NCBI GenBank assembly: GCA_037190325.1
Contig: JBBCIU010000023.1
Location: 29,560-93,559 of the forward strand
Source: Verrucomicrobiales bacterium
GTDB taxonomy: Bacteria; Verrucomicrobiota; Verrucomicrobiia; Verrucomicrobiales; DEV007
Direction: 5' to 3'
DNA: 64,000 bases
Positions 49,418 through 58,783 of the stretch are shown piece by piece. Positions within the stretch are counted from its first letter, which is position 1, and every line of letters starts with the position of its first letter. The position numbers and the translations under genes were made by a program. Below the pieces are notes generated by a model. The model was not told the origin of the DNA and made no database searches. It saw only the letters and a list, made by a program, of their open reading frames with translations.

Positions 49418-49427
49418 GGCCGTCGTC

Positions 49428-50582
49428 TCAGGGTAGGGGAAGCCGGACCGACTTCCATCGGGAGGGGGAATCTTCCGGTGTTTCGGTCCAGACGACGAGG
49501 AACCCGGTCGGACCGGTTGGCACGACCCGTGGATGCGTCGCCGAGAGGCCGGCCTGGGAAAGGGGGCGGGGATCGCTCCACGTCACGCCATCGTCATTGG
49601 ACAGGGTATGATGGAGCACCGAACCCTCTTCGGTCCGCTCCTGCCAGACGGCGAGGAGGGTGCCTTTCGCATCGGCGGCGAGATCGGGATGGATGGCGTC
49701 GGGGCCGCCAAGGCGGCGGGACTTCGCTCCGGGCCGGACGTGATGGATGCCGATGTCGGCTTCGTTTCCTGTCCAGACGAGGGCGTGGAGGCCGGACGGC
49801 GTCATGGCGAGTCCACCGCCGGCGTGGGGGCAGCCTTCGAATTTCCAGCCGAAATCCCCGGCGACGAGAGGTGGTTGCCATTCTCCCTTTCGCGTGAAAA
49901 CCACCTTCATATCTCTGGGGCTGTGGTCCCGAAAGAGGACTGAAATCTCTCCATCGGGTCCTGGGGCCAGGGTGTTGCGGCAGCATTCGCAAGTGCCCGC
50001 CTTGAGCGTCCGGTTGGCGCTCCAGGTCGTCCCTCCGTCGGCGCTTCTGGCATGGCGGAGGCCTTGCTTCCCGTCGCGGCTGTCGAGCCAGACGAGATGG
50101 AACGTTCCTTCGGCGGCGACGGCGAGGTCGAGAAAGCCGTGCCCGGTGGTGAGCCCGTCGTCGGCAGGGTTCGGGCCGGGGTGCCAGGTGGCTCCGCCGT
50201 CTTCCGACAAGGCCGTGGCGATGGGGCCGGAGCCCCATCGGTCGGTTCCCGCCGTGGTCCAGGCCGCCACGAGACGTCGGCCGTGGGCGGCGATTTGCGG
50301 ATCGAAGCCGTGGTGTGGGGAGAAAGCGGGCGGCATAGCCGCATCGACGCGCCGGGGCTCGCCCCACGTCTCGCCCCCGTCGGCCGAGGCGCGGTGAAGC
50401 AGATGGGCGGGACCGTCGTCCACCGTCTCGGCGGTGAGAAGGTGAACGTGTCCTCCGTCGGCGTAGACGTCGAGGGCGCGCACACCCGGAGCCGAGGGCG
50501 CGGTCGGTTTGGCTTCCAGGCCGACGACGGCGTTCAGGACGAGGGAGAGGGCGGTGAGGAGGGGGAAGGAGTCACGGGTCAT
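49428..50582 (-). CDS. BNR/Asp-box (sialidase-like) secreted beta-propeller with CECC and CPH motifs
   Basis: Asp boxes SADGGETW, SEDGGATW, SADGGTTW, SNDDGVTW; TCECCR; EGCPHAG. Confidence 0.85.
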   Translation of the reverse strand: MTRDSFPLLTALSLVLNAVVGLEAKPTAPSAPGVRALDVYADGGHVHLLTAETVDDGPAHLLHRASADGGETWGEPRRVDAAMPPAFSPHHGFDPQIAAHGRRLVAAWTTAGTDRWGSGPIATALSEDGGATWHPGPNPADDGLTTGHGFLDLAVAAEGTFHLVWLDSRDGKQGLRHARSADGGTTWSANRTLKAGTCECCRNTLAPGPDGEISVLFRDHSPRDMKVVFTRKGEWQPPLVAGDFGWKFEGCPHAGGGLAMTPSGLHALVWTGNEADIGIHHVRPGAKSRRLGGPDAIHPDLAADAKGTLLAVWQERTEEGSVLHHTLSNDDGVTWSDPRPLSQAGLSATHPRVVPTGPTGFLVVWTETPEDSPSRWKSVRLPLP

Positions 50583-50600
50583 GGGTCACGAGCTTCGGTT

Positions 50601-52880
50601 CTACCATTTCCATTCCAAACCCGCATACACTCCCCGGCCATCCCCCGGCAGGTAGATGGCTTCTCCGGCGTAGGTGTTCACGACGCCGGTGGTGGCGGCG
50701 TAGATCTCGTCGGTGAGGTTCTTCGCCTCGACGAAGGCGGACCAGCCGCGTTCGCTGCGGTAGCCGACCTTGAATCCAAGCAGGGCGTAGGCTTCGGCGA
50801 ACTCGGTACCGGAGGAATCCACGCTGTAGTCCGTCGGCACCCATTCGACGTTCGGCCCGAGGTAGAGACCGCCGGGGTGTTCGTAGAGCAGCTCGGCGCG
50901 GTAGTAGTGCCGGGGGATGCCGGGGAGACGGTTGTCGCCGAAGGTGGCGTCGCCGTCGAAGCGGAAGTCGTTCCAGAGGTAGTGCTGCCGCAGGACGAGG
51001 CGGTCCTGCCACGGGGCGGCCGGCGCTTTGGCGGCGGATCCCTTGGCGCTCGGGGCGGGGGCCGGACCGGAACCGACGGCGAAGAGGCCGGAGGCGAGCT
51101 CGAGCTCGAGGGCGGCTTCGATGCCCTGATGGACGGTGTCGTCGGCGTTGACCGTCTGGACGAGGCCGGGGGCGACCTGGTAGGAGAGCAGCTCGTCCTC
51201 GACGAGGGCGTGGTACCAGGCGAGATCCCAGGCGGCGCGCTCCGTCCGGCCGCGCGTGCCGATCTCGAAGGTGGTCGCGGTCTGGGCCTCGAGCTGGATC
51301 AGGCCGGCGCCGCCGTTGTTCGCGTTGACGAGTTCGCCGAAGGAGGGCGGCTCGAAGCTGCGGCTCACGTTCGCGAAGACCTGCGCCTGCGGGGCGATGT
51401 CCCAGAGCAGGCCGGCCTTCGGGGAGAAGGCGGTCCAGTCCTGCCGGTCGCTGTTGTCGGGACCGAAGGGGAAGCGGTCCTCGTTCTCGCGGACGGCGTG
51501 GCTGACCTGCGCTCCCACGACGAGGGCGGTTTGGGGTGCGAAGTAGTGGACGTTCTGCGCGTAGAAATCGGCGTTCAGGGAGGTCTGGCGGTTGTCGGAG
51601 AATTTTGCTCCGTTCTGGCCGCGGACGTTGGCGAAGCGCGTGTCCTCGACGATGCCGAAGGTGGGGACGAAGCCCGCGACGAAGCGGTTCTCGCGCCCGA
51701 AGAGGTCGGCTTCGCTCTCGTAGCGGAGGTCGAGGCCGAAGTCGTCGCTGACCTGGTCGATGACGAAGAGGATGGGATGGTCGAGATCCTTGTGGGACCA
51801 GAAGGTGCCGACGCTGAAGCGCCCCTCGTCGAACTCCCAGACCGTACGGTTGGCGATGCGGAAGAGTTCGAAGTCGCGCTTCCAGTCGCTCGTGACCCGG
51901 TCGAAGATGACGACCGAGGGATTGTTCTGGAGAAAGTCGGGCACCCTGGCGGCTTGCCTCGGGTCGGCGAGCATCTCCGCTTTGGTCAGCTCGCCGGGCA
52001 GTTCCGAATCGGTCCGTGCGTAGGTCACGTGGAAGCGGGTCTCCACGCCGGGGGAGAGGACCTGCCCGAAGTTCGCGAAGAGGCGCTGGTTGCTTTGCTC
52101 GGAATGCTCCCGGAATCCCTCGCTGGAGGAATGCGTCAGGCTGAGGTAGGCGTCGCTGTCGCCCGAGACATGGCCGCCGCTGACCTGGCCGCGGAGGGAG
52201 TCGAAACTGCCGTATTCGAGGCGCGACTGGAAGGCGGGAGCGGTGCGCCCGGTGTGCGAGACGAAGTCGATCGCACCGCCGAGAGTGGTGGCGCCGTATT
52301 CGAGGGCGTTGGCGCCGCGATGGACCTCGATGTACTGCGTCGCGAGCGGTTCGACCGCCTGGAAGTCGAATCCTCCGTCGGCGAGGTTCAGGGGCACGCC
52401 GTCCTGCATCAGCTTGAGCCCCCGGCCGTGGAAGGTGCGCTGGATGCCCGAGCCGCGGATGGAGAGGCGCGATTCCTCGGCCCCGAAGCGGGGCTGGACG
52501 AAGACGCCGGGGGCGTAGTCGAGCGCGTCCTTCAGGGTCGTGGCGCGGCCCCGCCGGTAGTCTTCGGCATCGACCACGGCGACGCCGCCGGGAGCGAAGC
52601 GGTGGGATTCGCGGACCTCGTCCACCGTGGCCACGGTCAGGGAACCGGCTTGCGGAAGGACGTCGTCGATGACGAGGGGAGCGGGCTCGGTCTGGAGCGC
52701 GGGCGCGGGGCGTGGAGCCGGGCGCGGCGCGGGAGCGGAGGCGGGGCGGCTTTCGACCACCGTGGAGGGCAGGGTTTCCACCGCACTGTCCTCCTGGGAA
52801 CGGACGGGGACCATGGACGCGAGGAAGCAGAGAATCAGGAGAGGCGACAGGCGGAGCCGCCGCAGGAAAAGGGAATTCAT
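50601..52880 (-). CDS. TonB-dependent receptor
   Basis: Plug LSIRGSG...DGVPLN...IEVHRG; KNLTDEIY; terminal aromatic LEWKW. Confidence 0.94.
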   Translation of the reverse strand: MNSLFLRRLRLSPLLILCFLASMVPVRSQEDSAVETLPSTVVESRPASAPAPRPAPRPAPALQTEPAPLVIDDVLPQAGSLTVATVDEVRESHRFAPGGVAVVDAEDYRRGRATTLKDALDYAPGVFVQPRFGAEESRLSIRGSGIQRTFHGRGLKLMQDGVPLNLADGGFDFQAVEPLATQYIEVHRGANALEYGATTLGGAIDFVSHTGRTAPAFQSRLEYGSFDSLRGQVSGGHVSGDSDAYLSLTHSSSEGFREHSEQSNQRLFANFGQVLSPGVETRFHVTYARTDSELPGELTKAEMLADPRQAARVPDFLQNNPSVVIFDRVTSDWKRDFELFRIANRTVWEFDEGRFSVGTFWSHKDLDHPILFVIDQVSDDFGLDLRYESEADLFGRENRFVAGFVPTFGIVEDTRFANVRGQNGAKFSDNRQTSLNADFYAQNVHYFAPQTALVVGAQVSHAVRENEDRFPFGPDNSDRQDWTAFSPKAGLLWDIAPQAQVFANVSRSFEPPSFGELVNANNGGAGLIQLEAQTATTFEIGTRGRTERAAWDLAWYHALVEDELLSYQVAPGLVQTVNADDTVHQGIEAALELELASGLFAVGSGPAPAPSAKGSAAKAPAAPWQDRLVLRQHYLWNDFRFDGDATFGDNRLPGIPRHYYRAELLYEHPGGLYLGPNVEWVPTDYSVDSSGTEFAEAYALLGFKVGYRSERGWSAFVEAKNLTDEIYAATTGVVNTYAGEAIYLPGDGRGVYAGLEWKW

Positions 52881-52994
52881 GGGTCTGGGAAAAAGAAAAG
52901 GATGGAATGAGAGCAGGGTCGCGCGCCGGTCTGGCCGGTGGACGCGGAACGACAAGACCGGAGGCGACGGGCCTCCGGCCGGAGAAGGGGACTC

Positions 52995-53369
52995 TCAAGC
53001 GACCCAAGGAGGCGGCGAGGGCAGAGGCAGGCGGATCGAGGAGGGCGCGCCCACGTGCTCGGAATAGACGATGGCGGCCGAGGCGAGGGGCGGCAGCTCG
53101 ACGACCGGAGCGAGGACGGCGTTGACCTTCGAGACGAGCTCGACGGGGCGTTTCTCGCCTTCGTCCTTCTGTCCCTTTTCGATCGCGCAGCAGAGGGCGC
53201 AGGGATGCTGGCCGTCGAAGGTCTTCTCCAGCGCTTCGACGAGCGAGCCGCTGCGCTGGTTCTCGACGAACATGCCGACCCAGGCCACCGTCTTCAACGC
53301 GACCCAGTGCCCGCCCATCAGGTGCAGGCAGGCGATCAGCGCGAAGGACTTGGCGGCGAGGGACTTCAC
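52995..53369 (-). CDS. DUF2946-like small protein (HPCALC motif, Pro-rich C-terminus)
   Basis: GTG start; N-terminal hydrophobic segment; FDGQHPCALCC; ends PLPSPPPWVA; upstream of TBDR. Confidence 0.72.
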   Translation of the reverse strand: MKSLAAKSFALIACLHLMGGHWVALKTVAWVGMFVENQRSGSLVEALEKTFDGQHPCALCCAIEKGQKDEGEKRPVELVSKVNAVLAPVVELPPLASAAIVYSEHVGAPSSIRLPLPSPPPWVA

Positions 53370-53451
53370 GGCACGCCCAGTGTGGCGAGCGCGGCGCGAA
53401 ATGCAAGGAAGATTGTGGCCCAAGCCGTCGCCTTCGCCATAGCCAGATCCG

Positions 53452-53535
53452 GTAGAGACGCCTCGCCGAGGCGTCCGCCGCAGAGGCATGGGGTCCGTCC
53501 CTCGCGGACGCCCCGGCGGTGCGTCCTCGCGCTAC
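53452..53535. repeat. REPIN-like pair of palindromes
   Basis: gtagagacgcctcgccgaggcgtccg ... cggacgccccggcggtgcgtcc...tac. Confidence 0.7.
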
Positions 53536-53577
53536 GGTGGGAGACCGTCAGAAATCCGGCTTCCATCGAAGCCAAAG

Positions 53578-53606
53578 AAAAAGGCGGGACCGGAGTCCCG
53601 CCTTTT
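53578..53606 (-). terminator. Intrinsic terminator after porin gene
   Basis: aaaaaggcgggac-cgga-gtcccgcctttt; T-run on the minus strand. Confidence 0.8.
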
Positions 53607-53647
53607 CGTCATACCAAGGGATTCCCGCCGAAACGGGAGGGGGAAGA

Positions 53648-54886
53648 TCACCACGAGGAGCGCAGCCCGAGCATCCAGCTGCTCGTGTTGACCTCGTCGT
53701 TCGCGGTGGCGAAGACGTCGCCGGTGGCGTACTCGTAGCCCGCCATCAGCTTCAGGTTGTTGCCGCAGAGGTAGTAGTTGAAGCCGGCGTAGAAGGTGTG
53801 GTAGTTCTCCACCGACTGGCGCAGGTCGTAGCGCTGGGTGCGCTGCTCGCGGCCTTCGTCCATGTAGGCGTAGCGGGTCACGAACTGGAGCTTGTCGGTG
53901 AGGTTGTAGTAGGGCATGACGACGAGGCCCCAGGTGTCGTAGCCGGCGGGAAGGCCGCCACCGGTGACTCCGTTCTGCGCGGCGATGAGGTCGGTGATGA
54001 GTCCGAACTGGCCGAACTTCGATTCCGTTCCGATGGCGGCGACGTGCTCGAAGCTCGAGCCGAGATTCGTGTCGGCGCTTCCGTTGGGCGCGGCGCGGCC
54101 GTCGCTGTTGTTCGTGAACTGGTAGTCGAAGTGGGCCGAGGTCGCCTCGGTGAGGTCGTAGGAGGCGCGGTAGGTGGCGCTGCCGCGGGAATCGAAGTCG
54201 GGCCAGTCCCAGCGTTCGCCGGCGGCGTCGCGGTCGGCGCCCGTGATCCAGGCGCCGAGTTCGTGGTCGAGGCCGAGGGCATTGAAGCCGACGGCGATCC
54301 CCCAGGGCTTGTTCGACACCACGGAGCTGGTGATGGCGGAGCGCTCGATCGTGAGGATGCTGTTCGAGGAGGTCTCGTATTCGCGCAGGATCAGCTGCTT
54401 GGTCTTCCCGACGATGATATAGAAGTCGTCGGAGGGCGTCCACTCGATGTAGAAGTCGTCGACGTCGTCGAAGAAGGTTCCGTGGGTAAGGCCGTGGCCG
54501 CCGTCCGCGGGACCGTTGCCGCCGGTTCCGTCGGCGATGTTGAAGATGGAGACGAACTTCAGGTCGTGGGCCATGCCGATCTCGGTGCCGAGACGGAAGC
54601 GGCGGTGCTGGTAGTCATGATAGCCGTTGGTTCCGGCCAGGGTGTCTTCCGTCTGGGAGATCCACTGACCATGGTAGCGGCCTTTCAGCTTCACCGATTG
54701 GATGAAGCCGTCGCCCTTGTAGAGAGTGTTCTTCTTGAACAAGTCGCACCAGTTCGAATCTTCGATGGGCATCTTGTCGTTGATGATCGCCTTGCCGTAG
54801 TCGCCGGCCTGGGCGGCGGTACAGGAGGCGGCGACGGCGATGGAGAGCGTCGGGAGGAGGCGGGTTTTGGCGGTTCGGGGACTCAT
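53648..54886 (-). CDS. Porin, OprO/OprP-like
   Basis: Signal peptide; RRFRLG; TSSNSILTIERS; alternating beta strands; terminal W; next to pst genes. Confidence 0.8.
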   Translation of the reverse strand: MSPRTAKTRLLPTLSIAVAASCTAAQAGDYGKAIINDKMPIEDSNWCDLFKKNTLYKGDGFIQSVKLKGRYHGQWISQTEDTLAGTNGYHDYQHRRFRLGTEIGMAHDLKFVSIFNIADGTGGNGPADGGHGLTHGTFFDDVDDFYIEWTPSDDFYIIVGKTKQLILREYETSSNSILTIERSAITSSVVSNKPWGIAVGFNALGLDHELGAWITGADRDAAGERWDWPDFDSRGSATYRASYDLTEATSAHFDYQFTNNSDGRAAPNGSADTNLGSSFEHVAAIGTESKFGQFGLITDLIAAQNGVTGGGLPAGYDTWGLVVMPYYNLTDKLQFVTRYAYMDEGREQRTQRYDLRQSVENYHTFYAGFNYYLCGNNLKLMAGYEYATGDVFATANDEVNTSSWMLGLRSSW

Positions 54887-55021
54887 GGGTGCTTAGGGGT
54901 GGTGGTGGAAAGCAGGATGACGTGACCTTGTGGATCATTGGCGTTGAGAGGCAACAATCAATCGAAAAATGGTTGGGATCTTGGCATTTAAATTGAGTTG
55001 AGGAATACGGATTTTGCGCCT

Positions 55022-55858
55022 TTATCCGCGCGCGCCGCTCAGATAGAGGGCGGCGTCGGGATCGGAGGGCGCGGTGAAGACGCGTTCGCAGGGACCCTGC
55101 TCGACCATCGTCCCGACTCCCTCCCGGACCCAGAAGACGGCGGCCCGGTCGGCGATGCGGCGGGCCTGGGCGAGGTTGTGGGTGACGATCACGACGGTGA
55201 GCTTGCCGCGCAAGGAGTGGATGAGGTCCTCGACCACGCCCGAAGCGATGGGGTCGAGGGCGCTGCAGGGTTCGTCGAAGAGGATCGTCTCAGGTTCCAG
55301 TGCGAGGGCGCGGGCGATGCAGAGGCGCTGCTGCTGTCCTCCGGAGAGGGCGATGGCGCTTTTGTGAAGGCGGTCGGAGACCTCGTTCCACAGGCCGACC
55401 TCGCGAAGGGCGCTTTCCATGCGGTCGGCGATGTCCCGCTTTCGCCAGCCGTGCTCCTTCAGCGGGATGTCGAAGTTGCGGCGGATCGACTGCGGGAAGG
55501 GGTTGGGACGCTGGAAGACGATGCCGATGCGGCGGCGCAGGGCGAGCACGTCGGTTTTCGGGTGAGTCACCTCGGTGCCGTCGGAGAGGCGTATCGATCC
55601 GGTGACGCGGCAGCCCGGGACGAGATCGGTGAGGCGGTTGAGACTGTGGAGAAAGCTGCTCTTCCCGCAGCCGGAGGGACCGACCAGGGCGGTGATCTCG
55701 CCGGCGGGCATGTCGAGGGAGATGTCGCTCACGGCCGTGAAATCCCGGTAGTGGACCGACAGGGAGGAAACGCTCAGGCAGACCTTGGAGCGGGTGGTGC
55801 CGCCGCCACCGGGAGGGGCCTCCGATTCGTTCTGTTTCGAGATGCCGGGAGAATTCAT
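55022..55858 (-). CDS. pstB: Phosphate ABC transporter ATPase
   Basis: GPSGCGKS; IGIVFQRPNPFP; LSGGQQQRLCIARALA; DEPCSALDP. Confidence 0.93.
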   Translation of the reverse strand: MNSPGISKQNESEAPPGGGGTTRSKVCLSVSSLSVHYRDFTAVSDISLDMPAGEITALVGPSGCGKSSFLHSLNRLTDLVPGCRVTGSIRLSDGTEVTHPKTDVLALRRRIGIVFQRPNPFPQSIRRNFDIPLKEHGWRKRDIADRMESALREVGLWNEVSDRLHKSAIALSGGQQQRLCIARALALEPETILFDEPCSALDPIASGVVEDLIHSLRGKLTVVIVTHNLAQARRIADRAAVFWVREGVGTMVEQGPCERVFTAPSDPDAALYLSGARG

Positions 55859-56730
55859 AGGGTTGCGTGCCGTCGGCGCAGCCAGTGTTCGGACAGGGCC
55901 ACCGCCGCGGAATTGACCACGAGGATGAGGGCCAGGAGGACGAGTGCGCTGGCCGAAGCCATCGTGCTGCCGTTGGCCACGTTCAGGGCGAGATCGTAGA
56001 TATGCACCGAAAGGGCCCGTCCGGAATCGTCCAGGGATTCCGGCCAGCGGATCGAGTAGCCGCTGGTGAAGATCAGGGCGGCCGTCTCGGAAAGCGCCCG
56101 GCCGATCCCCAAGGTGATCCCGACGACGATGCCGGGCAGGGCGGCGGGCAGGAGGATTTTGACGATCGCCGTGGTTCGCGTCAGCCCCAGTCCGGCGGAG
56201 GCGGGCCGGAGATCGGCGGGAAGGGCCTCGAGGGCGGAGAGAGTGGTGCGGACGAGGATCGGCAGGATCATGCAGGCGAGGGTGAGACCGCCGGAGACGA
56301 TGGAGAAGCCCATCCTCAGCGTCTGCCCGAAGAAGACCATGCCGAAAAGCCCGAAGACGATGGAGGGCACGCTGGCGAGCAGGTCGACCCCGCCGGTGAC
56401 GAGGCGGGCGGCGAGACTTCCCCGGCGGACGAATTCCGAAAGCCAGAGGGCGCAGCCGGTTCCGAGCGGGATGACGAGGCCGAGACAGCAGACCAGGATG
56501 AGCAGGGTGGAGACGAGGAGAGGCCCGATGCCGCCGCTGCGTCCGGCGTCCTGTACTTCGCCGGTGAGATAGGCCCACGAGATCTGGGGAAGCCCGAGCC
56601 GCGCGAGATCCCAGACGATCCAGGCGAAGAGGCCGAAGCTGAGCAGCGCCGCCGTGGCTCCGACGAAACCGAAGGCCCGGTCTGCGACCGAGGGAAAGAC
56701 GGCCTTGGCGGTGCGATTCGGGAGAGCCAT
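55855..56730 (-). CDS. pstA: Phosphate ABC permease
   Basis: LASVPSIVFGLFG; GRALSETAALIFT; RALSVHIY. Confidence 0.92.
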   Translation of the reverse strand: MALPNRTAKAVFPSVADRAFGFVGATAALLSFGLFAWIVWDLARLGLPQISWAYLTGEVQDAGRSGGIGPLLVSTLLILVCCLGLVIPLGTGCALWLSEFVRRGSLAARLVTGGVDLLASVPSIVFGLFGMVFFGQTLRMGFSIVSGGLTLACMILPILVRTTLSALEALPADLRPASAGLGLTRTTAIVKILLPAALPGIVVGITLGIGRALSETAALIFTSGYSIRWPESLDDSGRALSVHIYDLALNVANGSTMASASALVLLALILVVNSAAVALSEHWLRRRHATL

Positions 56731-56751
56731 GCGAGAGGAGGAGGGAGGAGG

Positions 56752-57654
56752 TCAGGCGCCGCCGGTGCCGGGGTCCGCGTCGATGCGGCGGAAGGAGATC
56801 CAGCCGACGAGCACGGCGGTGAAGAGGACGAGGAGAAGCGCGGCGCAGAAGAGCAGGGCTTTGTGCGAGGCGGTGGCGTAGCCCATTTCCAGTGCGATGG
56901 TCGAAGTGACGGGTCGGATGCCGTCGAAAAGGCTCTTCGGGATCTGCGGGATGTTTCCGCAGACCAGCACGACGGCCATGGTCTCGCCGATGGCCCGGGC
57001 GAGGGAGAGGAGGATGCCGGCGCCGATGCCGCCGCGGGCGGCGGGCAGGGCGATGGACCAGATCGTACGGGCGCGTCCGATGCCGAGTCCTGCGGCGGCC
57101 TGGAGCTGGGCCGGCGGCACGGCCTGAAGGGCGGCTTGGCTCGTCAAGGTGATGATGGGCAGGATCATCAGCGCGAGGACGATGCCTCCCGCGAGCAGGC
57201 TCTGGCCCGGGGAATCGGGGGCGAGGCGGACGATGAGCGGGACGATCACCATGAGGCCCCAGAAACCGAAGACCACCGCAGGCACGCCGATGAGCAGCTC
57301 CAGAATCCGGCGGTTCCACCGCTCCAGCGCGGGCGGTGCGTAGAAGCGGTGGAAGATCGCTCCCGCAAGGCCCACCGGCAGAGCCAGTGCGACGGCGAGG
57401 AAGGTGACCAGAAAGGAGCCCGCCAGCATCGGGACGACGCCGAACTGCGGATCCCGCTGGGAACCGGGCTGCCAGAGCCGGTCGGCGAAGAAAGAGCCCA
57501 GCCGCCCCGCCTCGATCGCCGGCCAGGCGTTGGCGAGGAGATACCAGACGATCAGCAGCACCATGCCCCCGGAGACGAGGGCGAGGAGGGCGAGCACCCC
57601 TTGGACGGTCCGGTCAATTGACCGGGACAAAGAAGTGTTTCTCGATGATGTCAT
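56752..57654 (-). CDS. pstC: Phosphate ABC permease
   Basis: GVPAVVFGFWG; LARAIGETMAVVLVCGN. Confidence 0.92.
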   Translation of the reverse strand: MTSSRNTSLSRSIDRTVQGVLALLALVSGGMVLLIVWYLLANAWPAIEAGRLGSFFADRLWQPGSQRDPQFGVVPMLAGSFLVTFLAVALALPVGLAGAIFHRFYAPPALERWNRRILELLIGVPAVVFGFWGLMVIVPLIVRLAPDSPGQSLLAGGIVLALMILPIITLTSQAALQAVPPAQLQAAAGLGIGRARTIWSIALPAARGGIGAGILLSLARAIGETMAVVLVCGNIPQIPKSLFDGIRPVTSTIALEMGYATASHKALLFCAALLLVLFTAVLVGWISFRRIDADPGTGGA

Positions 57655-58417
57655 TGATTTCCGCCGACTTCAGATGGTCGAGAAAGGCTTTCGCGGCGGG
57701 GGAAGTCTCCGCGTCCTCGACGACGTTGAGCGGCCGGGTGATGGGGAAGGTGTCGTTGGCGACGTTCTCCGTGGTCGCGGCGACGCCTTCGGTGGCGACC
57801 AGCTTGATCGGGGTGCCGCCCTGGGCTTCGCTCGCGGCGGTGCCGATGGAGACGTAGCCGATGGTGTTGGGATTGCTCACCACCGAGTTGATGACGTGCA
57901 GGTTCTCTCCGACGACGACGTCGGCCTTCACGTCGGCGTTGTCGAGACCGAGGAAGTTGAGAAAGACCTCCAGGGTCGAGCGGCCTTCGGCCTTGTTCGC
58001 CACCACGATGGTCGCATCCGCTCCGCCGAAGGCGCTCCAGTTCGTGGTCTTCTTCGTGTAGATGTCGATCAGCTGCTGCTTGCCCAGTTCGTTGACGGGA
58101 TTGTCCTTGTGGAGAACCACGCAGACCCCGTCGGCGGCGATGCGGTGGGCCGTCAGTTTGGCCGCTTCGTCCTCGGAGAGCGCGCGCGAGGCCATGCCGA
58201 GGTCGGCGACTCCGGAGAGGGTGTCGGCGATCCCGCGGGAAGTGCCGCCCGTCTGCACCTCGATGCGGATGCCGGGATTGGCCTCCTCGTAGCGCTTCGC
58301 CACATCGACGACGATGGGGGCGATGGTGCTGGCCCCGGTGAGGACGACGACATCGCCCGATTCCTTCTTGCCGCAGGCGGAGAAAGCGAGGGCGGCGAAG
58401 GCGAGGGCCGTCGTCAG
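57614..58417 (-). CDS. pstS: Phosphate-binding lipoprotein; probable non-canonical (CTG) start
   Basis: TGASTI; GGTSRGI; LGMASR; IAADGV; YPI-like FPITRPL; lipobox AFSAC; no nearby in-frame ATG/GTG/TTG. Confidence 0.85.
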   Translation of the reverse strand: MTTALAFAALAFSACGKKESGDVVVLTGASTIAPIVVDVAKRYEEANPGIRIEVQTGGTSRGIADTLSGVADLGMASRALSEDEAAKLTAHRIAADGVCVVLHKDNPVNELGKQQLIDIYTKKTTNWSAFGGADATIVVANKAEGRSTLEVFLNFLGLDNADVKADVVVGENLHVINSVVSNPNTIGYVSIGTAASEAQGGTPIKLVATEGVAATTENVANDTFPITRPLNVVEDAETSPAAKAFLDHLKSAEINDIIEKHFFVPVN

Positions 58418-58746
58418 TCCCGCTTGCGATCCGGCGTTTCGAAGGAGATGCGGCAGCAGCCCAGATCGACGATCCCGTCCCTCCGCTGCTCCAAGGTCGG
58501 CGCGAGCCGGTAGAGCACCGACTTTCCGTCCCTGGCCGATTCCACGATCCCCGCCTCGCGCAGGCTGCGCAGATGGTGCGAGAGCAGGCTCTGCTCGATC
58601 CCAAGCGCCGCCTGGATCTCCCCCACGTGGCATTCCCCCTTCATCAGGTGCCGCACCACGGCCAGTCTCGTCTCGTCGGCCAGAGCCTTGAGCCGGTCCG
58701 CACAGGAGCTCGCATTCGGGGTTGCGGGAGACTTTTGCGTTCTCAT
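58414..58746 (-). CDS. ArsR/SmtB-family transcriptional repressor with C15, C39, C97, C98
   Basis: LKALADETRL; QSLLSHHLRSLREAGIV; RDGKSVLYRL; C-terminal DLGCC. Confidence 0.92.
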   Translation of the reverse strand: MRTQKSPATPNASSCADRLKALADETRLAVVRHLMKGECHVGEIQAALGIEQSLLSHHLRSLREAGIVESARDGKSVLYRLAPTLEQRRDGIVDLGCCRISFETPDRKRD

Positions 58747-58767
58747 GCGCAGGCGACGGGAGGATGA

Positions 58768-58783
58768 ATGAAGAGTTTTTCAT
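58768..58783. promoter_or_regulatory. Putative ArsR/SmtB operator
   Basis: ATGAA-gagttt-TTCAT palindrome 22-37 nt upstream of the arsR ATG; overlapping ttcatatgaa at 58779-58788. Confidence 0.65.

Noticed and set aside
54887-55021. Possible Pho box upstream of the porin
   Set aside because: Only a weak GTCAC/GTCAT pair without 11-bp periodicity.
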